Shown piece by piece: positions 26,423 through 34,798 of a stretch of DNA of 64,000 nt. The DNA is from a virus, in the IMG/VR virus record IMGVR_UViG_3300022226_000002, positions 14,934-78,933 of that record; one strand, written 5' to 3'. Every line of letters starts with the position of its first letter. Positions within the stretch are counted from its first letter, which is position 1. Position numbers and translations under genes: made by a program. The notes under the pieces are model-generated. The model saw only the letters and a program-made list of their open reading frames with translations. It did no database searches and was not told the origin of the DNA.

Positions 26423-27225
26423 TTTAGCCCTTTCTTCCACGCATCCAGCGAGTTGAACAACTCCTTGGCAGCCTCAATCACACGGTCCCCCCGCTTCCCT
26501 GGGAACCGTTCCCGATACACGTCGATTCCAGCTGGGTTCCCATTCATCCACCGTCCAACGGTATCGGCCCAACCTTTCAGAACCTGCTGAACCTCCCACA
26601 CCTCCTTCTCTCGGCCGGTTTTGGCTGTTATGGGCGGCGACTCCATGCCCGTGCTGGCGTCCGGACTGGCGCCGGCTGGAGCGGACGAACCGCCTTCCCC
26701 GCCGGCTGAAACGTCCGCATTACCCTGCGGAGGTTGATCTCCCACCTTACTGCTAGGCAATGGTGCAAATTGCACTTTTGGGGCCTTCCTCTCCGCAACC
26801 ACATATTTGACTAACCGTATTGACACTCCGGCTTTAGAGGCAATCTCGGCCTGAGTCATCTTGTCGCCATTGTCCAGTAGCCACTCAACACAGGCCCGTT
26901 TGTCCGCGCGGCTCATGCGGAGCCCGTGGCGGTCGTTGGCGGTCATGCCGAAGATTCTGGCGTCCTTGACTGTGCCCTTGTGGACGCGACACGGAATGGA
27001 GCTCCGCTTGGCTCTCTGAGCCGCCAGAGTGCGGTGAAAGCCGTCGGCCACGAGGTAGTCGGTCCCATCGTGGAACACGTCTAGAGGGCCGAAGGGCCAT
27101 TCTCCATCGCTCTCGGCGATGAGATCAGCGTAATCCTCGACAACTTCTTCATCGATCGAGATTCGGCTTTGTGTTCCAGCATCGATTCTGATCGTGTCGA
27201 CTGACAGAATCTGTGTTTTCGCCAT
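26419..27225 (-). CDS. ParB-like N-terminal domain plus HTH protein
   Basis: TQSR..VEDYA..YLVADGFHRTLA..ANDRHGLRMSRADKR..TQAEIASKAGVS. Confidence 0.85.
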   Translation of the reverse strand: MAKTQILSVDTIRIDAGTQSRISIDEEVVEDYADLIAESDGEWPFGPLDVFHDGTDYLVADGFHRTLAAQRAKRSSIPCRVHKGTVKDARIFGMTANDRHGLRMSRADKRACVEWLLDNGDKMTQAEIASKAGVSIRLVKYVVAERKAPKVQFAPLPSSKVGDQPPQGNADVSAGGEGGSSAPAGASPDASTGMESPPITAKTGREKEVWEVQQVLKGWADTVGRWMNGNPAGIDVYRERFPGKRGDRVIEAAKELFNSLDAWKKGLK

Positions 27226-27236
27226 CCGTTGGCCCC

Positions 27237-27394
27237 CAAAAAGAAAGAGCCTTGCCCCAACGACTGCTGCCGGATATCACGCCGGTCCCTTTCGGGAATC
27301 GCTGGGGCAAGGCTCTCACCTTCTTAGCATCGAATTGTCGTGATATAGCCAGCATTGATCCGTCAATCTAAAACAGACAGCTGCGACAAGTCAA
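27237..27394 (-). promoter_or_regulatory. Promoter and attenuator-like leader of the parB/helicase operon
   Basis: TTGACT-18-TAGATT. Leader TGCTG..ATATCACG is complementary to CGTGATAT..CAGCA in the loop of a perfect 14-bp stem, followed by TTCTTTTT. Confidence 0.7.
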
Positions 27395-27400
27395 TCTGAA

Positions 27401-27760
27401 TCATCTGACAGTCATCGGACCAGGGTATTTCAGACGCAACTTCAACACCCACGCTTGAACCAGTTCCGCCTGCTCAACCGTCACTTCACTGTCGTCGTAG
27501 AGCCACTCAGGAGTGGCCTTCCGTATCCAGTCCGAAACCTCTTCGCGAGTCAGATCCGGTTTATCGATGTTTCCGTCTTTCCAGAGGTCGTACAGCCCGT
27601 CGGGACTCGCACACACAATCTCGTACTCGCGCAACCCTGGAACTGGTGACACAGCGAAAGCCACATCACCAGGACGACTCATAATAAACAAGATTCCGTA
27701 ACCCTTGTGGTTTTTAAGCTCTTCCAGTTTCTGGATTTGCTGTCTCGTCGTGTCGTTCAT
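27401..27760 (-). CDS. Hypothetical protein
   Basis: AGGAG RBS; MNDTTRQQIQKL... Confidence 0.65.
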   Translation of the reverse strand: MNDTTRQQIQKLEELKNHKGYGILFIMSRPGDVAFAVSPVPGLREYEIVCASPDGLYDLWKDGNIDKPDLTREEVSDWIRKATPEWLYDDSEVTVEQAELVQAWVLKLRLKYPGPMTVR

Positions 27761-27852
27761 TATGATTTCTCCTAAAAAAACCCCGGCCGACCCCCCTCGT
27801 TTCCTGTGAGAGGCTATCCGCCGATGGGATCCGTGCGGTAGCCGGCCAGGGT

Positions 27853-28050
27853 TCATGGCTGCCTTTTTGTCGGCCGACCTTCATCCTGTGCTCGTTTGAT
27901 AGCGTCCCGCACCTCCTTCCGATGAACTGACAGGTCCGAAGGCGCTGTGATGCCGAGACGCACTTTATCGCCACGAATTTCGACGACCATGATTTCGATG
28001 TCGTCCCCGATGGTGATCACTTCATTCAGATGTCTGCTAAGCACGAGCAT
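27853..28050 (-). CDS. csrA: Carbon storage regulator CsrA
   Basis: [47 protein letters not shown]. Confidence 0.95.
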   Translation of the reverse strand: MLVLSRHLNEVITIGDDIEIMVVEIRGDKVRLGITAPSDLSVHRKEVRDAIKRAQDEGRPTKRQP

Positions 28051-28062
28051 TTATGACTCCTT

Positions 28063-29262
28063 TCAAATCCTTGTCGAAGTGGGGAGCGGAAGGTCTGTCC
28101 GGAGAGTGACAAGTTGACGAGTAATCTCCAATTTGCTTTGAAACTCAATCAACGCTTTCCGCTTGGCAGGCTTGATACGTTCGTCGTCTGCCTTGGCCGC
28201 CTGGATGGCCGCTTCCGCGGTGCCGAATTCCTTGATGAGATCAGCAGCGCCCTTCTCACCGACCCCGACAGCACCCTTGATTCCATCGGTGGCGTCACCC
28301 ATCAGACACTGGAACTCCACCCATTGTCCGGGGCGAATGCCGGTCGCCTCTGTGTGCTGCTTCGCGCTGAGCCACTTGTATTCGGGCAGCATGTCACCGC
28401 TGGTTTCGTCCTCGACCCACTCCACATCGAGCAACATGTTACACTTGTCGCTGAGGCATTGTTTGCAGTCCTTGTCTTGCGTCAGGAGCGTAACCCGGCC
28501 GTCGAACTGCTTGGCAAAACTGGCCATGCAATCGTCGGCTTCCTGCCCTTCAACCTGCACGCATGCGTACCCATGACCCTCGAGCAATTCATGCACAAGG
28601 TTCAATTGCTGGCCGAGTTCCGGGTCTTTCGGAGGGCGGTCCTTGTACTTCTCATCCCAACTCTCAGTTAGCTCCTTGCGGTGATTGACCTTGCTATCGA
28701 AACAACAGGCAACGTCGGTCAGGCCCTTGTCCTGCAGTCGTTCAGCTGTCCGCTGCACCCACGATGACACTCCGACAGCCGCTTCAACGCCGGCTCCCGA
28801 GTACCAGAAGCGGTGCAGGAAGTAGTTCACGTCGACGGCCAGCAGCCACCGAGGCCGGTTGTCGTCAGCTCGTTCCTGTTGGTCGGCCTTGCGCGACTCG
28901 TCTGTAGTCAGGCCCTTGTCGACAATGTCTTCGAGCCGCTCGTGGCGATCTGAACGACCAGCGTTCCTCATATACTGCGAATAGGTCGCTTCGATCTCGC
29001 GGTCTTCCTCTTTTGGATAGGACTTACAAACGCCTGCCGCGCGAGTCACCATTCCTGGGCTTGCCCACTCGGGCCAGACCTGGAAGTGCTTGTCTGGCCA
29101 CCGCGATTCACAGTAGCGATAGAGGTCCCCAATCTGGAACATCACGTCGCGCTGCTGTTCGCAGAGCCCCCTGGCGTATGACTCGGCCATTTCCATTGTC
29201 ATGCCACTGCAGTCCAGGAAACGCTTTCGCATTCGCGGTTGGGGTTGGGGTTGATCGCTCAT
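28063..29262 (-). CDS. 5'-3' exonuclease (Pol I N-terminal/FEN-like) with an N-terminal extension
   Basis: LLAVDVN, CCFDS, YKDRP, EADD, TQDKD and LMGDATDGIKGAVGVGEKGA motifs. Confidence 0.9.
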   Translation of the reverse strand: MSDQPQPQPRMRKRFLDCSGMTMEMAESYARGLCEQQRDVMFQIGDLYRYCESRWPDKHFQVWPEWASPGMVTRAAGVCKSYPKEEDREIEATYSQYMRNAGRSDRHERLEDIVDKGLTTDESRKADQQERADDNRPRWLLAVDVNYFLHRFWYSGAGVEAAVGVSSWVQRTAERLQDKGLTDVACCFDSKVNHRKELTESWDEKYKDRPPKDPELGQQLNLVHELLEGHGYACVQVEGQEADDCMASFAKQFDGRVTLLTQDKDCKQCLSDKCNMLLDVEWVEDETSGDMLPEYKWLSAKQHTEATGIRPGQWVEFQCLMGDATDGIKGAVGVGEKGAADLIKEFGTAEAAIQAAKADDERIKPAKRKALIEFQSKLEITRQLVTLRTDLPLPTSTRI

Positions 29263-29324
29263 GGCTTTTTACCCTGTTGTGCGCCACGCACCTCGAAGAA
29301 CTGGTCACGCATCCTGGTCATTAC

Positions 29325-29528
29325 TTATTCCACCTTACTTCGCAACTCATCCAGTGCTACTTCCAAAGCCTCTCGCAGCGCGACGTGAGGAATGTAATCA
29401 GACATCCTCTCGAAGACATCACGCACGATTTGGTGCAGGTCTGGCCCTGATTCCCTGTGCATTGCTTCGCCAAGACCCCACTCCTCGCCCTTGTCGTACT
29501 CTACCGCAAACTCCAATGTGAATTTCAT
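29325..29528 (-). CDS. Small hypothetical protein
   Basis: AGGAG RBS. Confidence 0.55.
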   Translation of the reverse strand: MKFTLEFAVEYDKGEEWGLGEAMHRESGPDLHQIVRDVFERMSDYIPHVALREALEVALDELRSKVE

Positions 29529-29541
29529 CGTATGGTCTCCT

Positions 29542-30024
29542 TCATGCTGTCTCCTCGGACAGCAGGATCGTTGAGTCGTCGTACGGGTCAAACCCGACAA
29601 AGTCCACTCGCTCGAACTTACCCACCCGCTTCAGCCATGCAGCGATATCGTCGAGGATTGACGGTGGCCCCCATGCCGACTGAAACTTGATGGCGATAGG
29701 ATTCCCGTCGCCACCGAGGGGAAACGCCTGCATGTCATACGTGCCCCACTTTGTCCCCCAGTTCTCGGCAGCCCAGTCATACCAACTCGTGTCATCACTG
29801 GCCGTCCTGATGATTGCGCCGTCTTCGCCCTTACGTTCCGTCCACACACTTGCTCTCGTGCCATCTGACATGATTGCCGTGCCTGAATGGAGTTCCTCCG
29901 TGTGCTCGGGCATTGGCTTGACCACAGCACACAAGTTCGTGTCTTGGTGACGCTCATTGAAGTCGTCGCAGTCGAAGTCGTGCCCTGGTGAGCAAATTGC
30001 GATGGTTGTGTAGTGGTTTGGCAT
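29542..30024 (-). CDS. DUF1281/YubB-like protein
   Basis: MPNH..WYDWAAENWGTKWG..FQSAWGPP. Confidence 0.75.
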   Translation of the reverse strand: MPNHYTTIAICSPGHDFDCDDFNERHQDTNLCAVVKPMPEHTEELHSGTAIMSDGTRASVWTERKGEDGAIIRTASDDTSWYDWAAENWGTKWGTYDMQAFPLGGDGNPIAIKFQSAWGPPSILDDIAAWLKRVGKFERVDFVGFDPYDDSTILLSEETA

Positions 30025-30153
30025 TTCTAGCTCCTCATCTCCACGGTGTTAAGTTTTCCGCAATTCGGGCACCCTTCCCACTCAGCTCGACGTGCCACGT
30101 AACTGCTCATGTGGATGCCGCAGTAGGTGCAGATGAAAGGCTTCAATTTGGGA

Positions 30154-30369
30154 TCATGCTCGGTCACCATGCCAATTGCCTCCAGGATAGAAGCTGATAT
30201 TCACAGCGAGCCCGATTCGCGGGTCGCCTTCCTCTTCGGTCCACTGGCCATCATCCCGCAACCAGACGTCTGTTCCGTCTCGGACTCCGTGGATGAACGG
30301 CTTCTTGTGGTAGCCGAGTTGGTAGCAGAACGTGATTTTCGTGACGGGACTGGTATCTTCATTGTCCAT
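30154..30369 (-). CDS. Small hypothetical protein
   Basis: ORF in a minus-strand run. Confidence 0.4.
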   Translation of the reverse strand: MDNEDTSPVTKITFCYQLGYHKKPFIHGVRDGTDVWLRDDGQWTEEEGDPRIGLAVNISFYPGGNWHGDRA

Positions 30370-30372
30370 TGA

Positions 30373-30510
30373 ATGTCGCACCATTTCTTCGATTGTCTGC
30401 CGAGATGGCTTCCAACGTGGCAGCTCGTCGGCAACGCCATCGGAATCGAGATTGAAGAGCGCTACTGCGAGATAGCCGCGAACCGTTTACGTCAGAAGGT
30501 GCTGTTTTGA
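30373..30510 (+). pseudogene. C-terminal remnant of an N4/N6 DNA methyltransferase
   Basis: ..NAIGIEIEERYCEIAANRLRQKVLF* resembles the end of the 11731 MTase (SIGIELNPDYCSLAADRFKQRILFP); in-frame stop upstream at 30370-72. Confidence 0.7.
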
Positions 30511-30598
30511 GACTCACTTCCGATGCCATAACCCATCGGGGGCGGCCTCTCCTAGCTCACGAGCCTTCCTAAGAATCGATTCGTCGGGCTTGTGCAGC

Positions 30599-30811
30599 TC
30601 AACCGTCAGCTTCCCGTTCTTGAAATGGGGCTTCATGGTCCTTCCTTTCTCGTATTCGTTTCCAAGTGCCAAGGTTATCAACGTGCCCGCCCGTGGAGTC
30701 TTCCAGGAAAGGGCCCGTAGGAGAGCCGGTCGTCGGGCTGATCGGGTCGCGGCCGCATTCGTGGTCGTGGCCCTCGCCTGTTTCGCTTCCGCAGATGGAG
30801 CAGTAGTTCAT
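30599..30811 (-). CDS. Small hypothetical protein
   Basis: GGAG RBS; CSIC motif. Confidence 0.4.
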   Translation of the reverse strand: MNYCSICGSETGEGHDHECGRDPISPTTGSPTGPFLEDSTGGHVDNLGTWKRIRERKDHEAPFQEREADG

Positions 30812-30817
30812 CGGGAC

Positions 30818-31372
30818 TCACTCCTCAAAAGGAACATCTTCGTCAGGACCGTCCTTCAGCAGCTTCCAGCACGCATCTAACCACTCGCGGCACCAAGAAC
30901 CGCGATCGGAATAGTCCACTTCCTCGCCAATGACGTGCTTGCACCACCCGCTGAAATGCTGTAATCGCTGCGGCCTGTCGAGTCCCGCCAGTTCCGCATT
31001 GTTAACCTTGGCGTACTTCAGCTTGAGCGAGTTTAGCTGGGCCGTGGTTACCACATCGTCCATCTCCTCGGCACAGGCGATGTCACCGGAAGCAAGGTAG
31101 CCCGCGAACGCCAAGGCACGCCCGACGGCGATGGTTTCCTGCTTCTCAAACTGTTTTTGCCGACCACTGACCTTATCCATGGAATGGCCGGTAAAAGTCC
31201 CCTTTTTCGTGGTGACCCTCGCCGAAAAGATCACATGTCCCTCCTTAAATTCGCATGAGGTCTCGATCTGGCACTGATCGTTGTCCTCGTGAAACGCCGC
31301 CGACCTGGCTGCTACCTTGGCGTATTGCACGCCCTTGCCAATCTCGATCGTTTCTACTTTGCGGTCACTCAT
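30818..31372 (-). CDS. Putative single-strand annealing/recombination protein
   Basis: YAKVAARS..TGHS..EKQETIAVGRALAFAG; acidic tail DEDVPFEE. Confidence 0.6.
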   Translation of the reverse strand: MSDRKVETIEIGKGVQYAKVAARSAAFHEDNDQCQIETSCEFKEGHVIFSARVTTKKGTFTGHSMDKVSGRQKQFEKQETIAVGRALAFAGYLASGDIACAEEMDDVVTTAQLNSLKLKYAKVNNAELAGLDRPQRLQHFSGWCKHVIGEEVDYSDRGSWCREWLDACWKLLKDGPDEDVPFEE

Positions 31373-31527
31373 GGCGGGTTTCTCCTCCGCGCATAAGAGC
31401 CCCCACGCCTGGGAGAAACCGCAGCAGCGCGAGCGAGCGCAAGAGCGACCAGGCGGGGGACTCGAGAGTTCAAAGTAGCAGCGGTTTCTCTGGCGGTATT
31501 ATTACCGCGCCTAACTAGGAATGTCAA
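31373..31527 (-). promoter_or_regulatory. Promoter and switchable leader
   Basis: TTGACA-18-AATAAT. Leader GAGAAACCGC (31490-81) is complementary to GCGGTTTCTC (31422-13) inside a GC-rich stem. The RBS region GGAGGAGAAACCCGC resembles the leader. Confidence 0.65.
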
Positions 31528-31572
31528 CACATTCCGGCAACTTTTTTCGCTAGTGAGGTGCGAAGGCTGTGG

Positions 31573-31863
31573 TCATCGCTTCTTAACCTCTGCTTCCAGC
31601 TGCTTTGTCAATTCCATGTTCTCTGTCAGCGACACCTCCAGCTTCTCCTGCGAGGTGGCCAGGTTGCGTATCGACGCATCGAGTTTGTCTTGCGTGCGGG
31701 TCAATCGGCTGTTCACTTCTTCGTGAACCTCCTCTAGTGTCGCACGCAGACTGAGGACGTGTCCCCGCATGTGAATTAGTACCAGGATGATGCAGACGTT
31801 GAACGTAACACTGATCAGCAGCATACCGCCCACTGAGATCATTTCGGTAGTAAACTCATTCAT
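31573..31863 (-). CDS. TM-anchored coiled-coil protein (spanin/holin-like)
   Basis: N-terminal TM segment plus heptads. Confidence 0.6.
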   Translation of the reverse strand: MNEFTTEMISVGGMLLISVTFNVCIILVLIHMRGHVLSLRATLEEVHEEVNSRLTRTQDKLDASIRNLATSQEKLEVSLTENMELTKQLEAEVKKR

Positions 31864-32237
31864 GGGTCTTGCAACTGCCGCTTCAAATACTCGAATTCCG
31901 CCAGAATTCGGGCATTCTGTTCAATGATCTTCTTCTGGTCAGCCTCCAAACTCAAAATCCTATTCCGCCAGTCAGCGGGTGGTAATGTGTTGAACCGTGA
32001 CTCTATATCACCAATCCGATTACCTAGTCGCGCCTCCATGGCATCGCCCTGCTGCCGAGTAAATCGCGGGCCATACTCACGGAAGTATTTACTAGACATA
32101 ATCTCGGTGGTCGCCCAGGTTCCCCAGCTCAAAACAGCCGTCATGAACACAGGGAACATCACAAGCGTCACTTTCAGTAAGTGCGCCCACCACCCATTTA
32201 GTTGGCCAATAGTTGGCACACTTTTTGTTGTCGTCAT
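31860..32237 (-). CDS. TM-anchored coiled-coil protein
   Basis: One TM segment plus coiled coil. Confidence 0.6.
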   Translation of the reverse strand: MTTTKSVPTIGQLNGWWAHLLKVTLVMFPVFMTAVLSWGTWATTEIMSSKYFREYGPRFTRQQGDAMEARLGNRIGDIESRFNTLPPADWRNRILSLEADQKKIIEQNARILAEFEYLKRQLQDP

Positions 32238-32387
32238 TTCTCGCGCACCCCCCCCCAATTTTTTGAATCCGGTTTTGCCCCGGATTCTCGACCAGACAGA
32301 GAGTGCATGTTTTGTTCGGCCGGTTTAGGTGGCAGCCTACCGGCCTTTTTTGCTCCGATATCAGCCCGCCGGGCTGTACTCTCAGCC

Positions 32388-32759
32388 TCAGCAGCCGCCC
32401 CGCACGATTAATCTGCGAATTGGCCCGCGACGCATGAATGGCTGCCGGTTGCTGCCTGTCACCCAGACCCGCCGCACTCGCCGCCCGCGCCACCCATATC
32501 GCCTAGTTTCCCAGTGGCCGGATGATTTGACCACCGGAGCGGCCACCTGGACCGCCACAGGGGGCTCCTCGGGCACGTAGGCGGGCTGTTCGGGTGCAGG
32601 CTCTGGTACAGCGACTGCCGGCTGATCGGCCGTTAGCAGCTGCCTGGGGGCCTCTGCCTGTACTGTGGCCGGTGCTGGGCTGGGAGCGGGTGCGGGTGCA
32701 ACCATACCGTAGAGCATCAGGCTGCCGGCCAGGGCTGCCGCAATTCGCAAGGATTTCAT
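32388..32759 (-). CDS. Secreted Pro/Ala-rich protein with a basic tail
   Basis: Signal peptide; ends RRGPIRRLIVRGGC. Confidence 0.65.
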   Translation of the reverse strand: MKSLRIAAALAGSLMLYGMVAPAPAPSPAPATVQAEAPRQLLTADQPAVAVPEPAPEQPAYVPEEPPVAVQVAAPVVKSSGHWETRRYGWRGRRVRRVWVTGSNRQPFMRRGPIRRLIVRGGC

Positions 32760-33646
32760 GGGCTGTCATCTCCAGCTGGGCGGTCCCAGTCATCGGGGGT
32801 AGTGGTGCTCCAGACGCAGTAACTCCCACCCACTGCTGAGCGGATCATCCTAAGTGAGTCATAACGGATCACGTCATACGAGTCGGAGTAGGCGGCATAC
32901 AGCTGGTTGTCGCGCCAGACGACGGAGCAGTAGGGAATCGAATGGCCCGACCGGCCGACACCAACTGCCCGACCAGCCAGCAGGCAGCAGACCACCTGCT
33001 CGTATGATCTCGGGTTGATTATTTCGAGCGGCCGTAGGTGCATAGCCGTTTCTTGCCAGCCGTCGGGAAACCGGGAGACGGGCACCCAAGGGCCATTGCT
33101 GTTATTCGCTCCACCCTTGCCGGCTGTCCCGTGTAGCGTGTGCTTGAACAGCTTCTCCTGTCCCCAGATCGGTTCTGGTATGAACCCCCGACGCAAGGCG
33201 ATCCCCAGCACCTGCTGACATCCCGCGCCGCCCCACTGCCTGGGATTGGCCTCGGCGTAGATGCTGATCTGCGAGACGCAGACTGGATGCCCGCTCTTGC
33301 CTTGCGATTCCCAACTGCTTGAGCTTTCCGCTTGAGCATTCCAGGTCGTCTCAAAGCATTGGACCAATGCGTGAGACGTACACTCATGACTCGGACTTTG
33401 GTTAGTCCAGCGATTACGCCGGTCCATCGCCCATGTCTTGTACTTGTCGTTCTCCCTCGCTACGTCCTTCCACTCGCTCGGCTCCACCCATAGAGAATCG
33501 GGGAAGTCTCGCGCCCCCATCATCTCCAGATTCTCGGGCGTGTCTCGCGCGGCTAGATTGTCCGGGTATCCCGATGGCTTCGGGAGAACATAATCGACAA
33601 GTTCATCCGGGAAGCTGACCTGCGTGCTGTCATGTGACTTGGCCAT
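32756..33646 (-). CDS. Papain-like (C1-type) cysteine peptidase
   Basis: NQSPSHECTSHA (Gln..Cys), GHSIPY (His), YSDSY in place of the usual NSW. Confidence 0.75.
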   Translation of the reverse strand: MAKSHDSTQVSFPDELVDYVLPKPSGYPDNLAARDTPENLEMMGARDFPDSLWVEPSEWKDVARENDKYKTWAMDRRNRWTNQSPSHECTSHALVQCFETTWNAQAESSSSWESQGKSGHPVCVSQISIYAEANPRQWGGAGCQQVLGIALRRGFIPEPIWGQEKLFKHTLHGTAGKGGANNSNGPWVPVSRFPDGWQETAMHLRPLEIINPRSYEQVVCCLLAGRAVGVGRSGHSIPYCSVVWRDNQLYAAYSDSYDVIRYDSLRMIRSAVGGSYCVWSTTTPDDWDRPAGDDSP

Positions 33647-34017
33647 TACAGCGCCCCCATCACATCGTCTTCGGTTTGGGGGTCATTCACGATACGCACC
33701 ACCTGTTCGCCGGCTTGCACAACGAGACACGGAAGGCCGGCTTCCCTGCCAACCCTCAATGCCACTTTGTATTGGTCGGGTATCTGTCCATCACCGTCCC
33801 GCTGGTCCTGCTCGAACGAACTGGCCTGAATGCCGGTGTCACCTGCATTGATCTGTTGGAGCGCAAACGATACCGGGCGTGGCACAGAGCCCTGATCCTT
33901 TTCATAGACGTACGTCACCTGGTCGATGGCCGATGGTACGAGTGTCGAACCACCGCTGCGGGACAGCAGGATCAGCACCAGCACCAGAACGCCGATCAGT
34001 CGTACGCGGGTAGTCAT
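33646..34017 (-). CDS. Membrane-anchored thioredoxin-fold-like protein (no CxxC)
   Basis: TM segment, VTYVYEKD..GLPCLVV..PQTEDDV. Confidence 0.55.
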   Translation of the reverse strand: MTTRVRLIGVLVLVLILLSRSGGSTLVPSAIDQVTYVYEKDQGSVPRPVSFALQQINAGDTGIQASSFEQDQRDGDGQIPDQYKVALRVGREAGLPCLVVQAGEQVVRIVNDPQTEDDVMGAL

Positions 34018-34346
34018 TCGGAAATCCTAGTAGCTACTGAATGCCCTTGCATCTGCTCATCGTGCATTTCATTGATGGGCACGATCAACTCCAACAGTTT
34101 TGCGACCAACTCAGTTTTGCCGGATCTCGTCGCATGATTCATAATGCACAGCAACGCGGCCTGGCAATCGTGCTCGTGCTCGGCAGGCGGCGGCGACGTT
34201 CCTCGCGGGATCAGCTTGGTCATCCATGTCAGCAGTGGTTTGGCCGGTGCGTTTTTCCCAAACAGCAGCAGGGCCGCGATCCCGATTAGCACGCCAATAT
34301 TGATCGGGTTTTGGATCAGATTCGTCAGCCAAGAGAGATCTGGCAT
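34014..34346 (-). CDS. Small membrane protein
   Basis: One TM segment; AGGAG RBS. Confidence 0.65.
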   Translation of the reverse strand: MPDLSWLTNLIQNPINIGVLIGIAALLLFGKNAPAKPLLTWMTKLIPRGTSPPPAEHEHDCQAALLCIMNHATRSGKTELVAKLLELIVPINEMHDEQMQGHSVATRISE

Positions 34347-34461
34347 GTCAGCTCCTAGGGTAATTGTTGCTCCCAGGGCATCGAGAGTGCCCAGGCGATG
34401 ATCAGCAGCAGGACCAGACCAACTACGGCGAAACAGCCGATCACGTGGTCGATGCGGAGCC

Positions 34462-34689
34462 TCACGGCCTGACTCCCGAATCCTGGGAGGATTTGTCGGC
34501 GTCGCGCGAGAACAGCAGCCCCAGTGCCGCGATCACAACGGGAACTACCACGTTCCAATCCGGGTTTGTCATCGGGTCACCGTCAATAACCTCCCGCACA
34601 GCGCCGAAAATTACCGTCACGGCGGCCAGAATCGACGCCACCGTGGTTTTCCGGTTGGCCAGAATGGCCGTAATTAGCCTGGTGAACAT
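34462..34689 (-). CDS. Holin-like two-TM protein
   Basis: NRKTTVASILAA..ALGLLFSRDADKSSQD. Confidence 0.7.
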   Translation of the reverse strand: MFTRLITAILANRKTTVASILAAVTVIFGAVREVIDGDPMTNPDWNVVVPVVIAALGLLFSRDADKSSQDSGVRP

Positions 34690-34798
34690 ATTTCCCCCTT
34701 AAATAAAGACCACAGTAAATTCTACTGCGGCCGTGGGTGCAGGCACAACGTGTTTCTGCCCACTTCGCGCTGCCTGTCAATTCCGCAGTCGATCTGCC

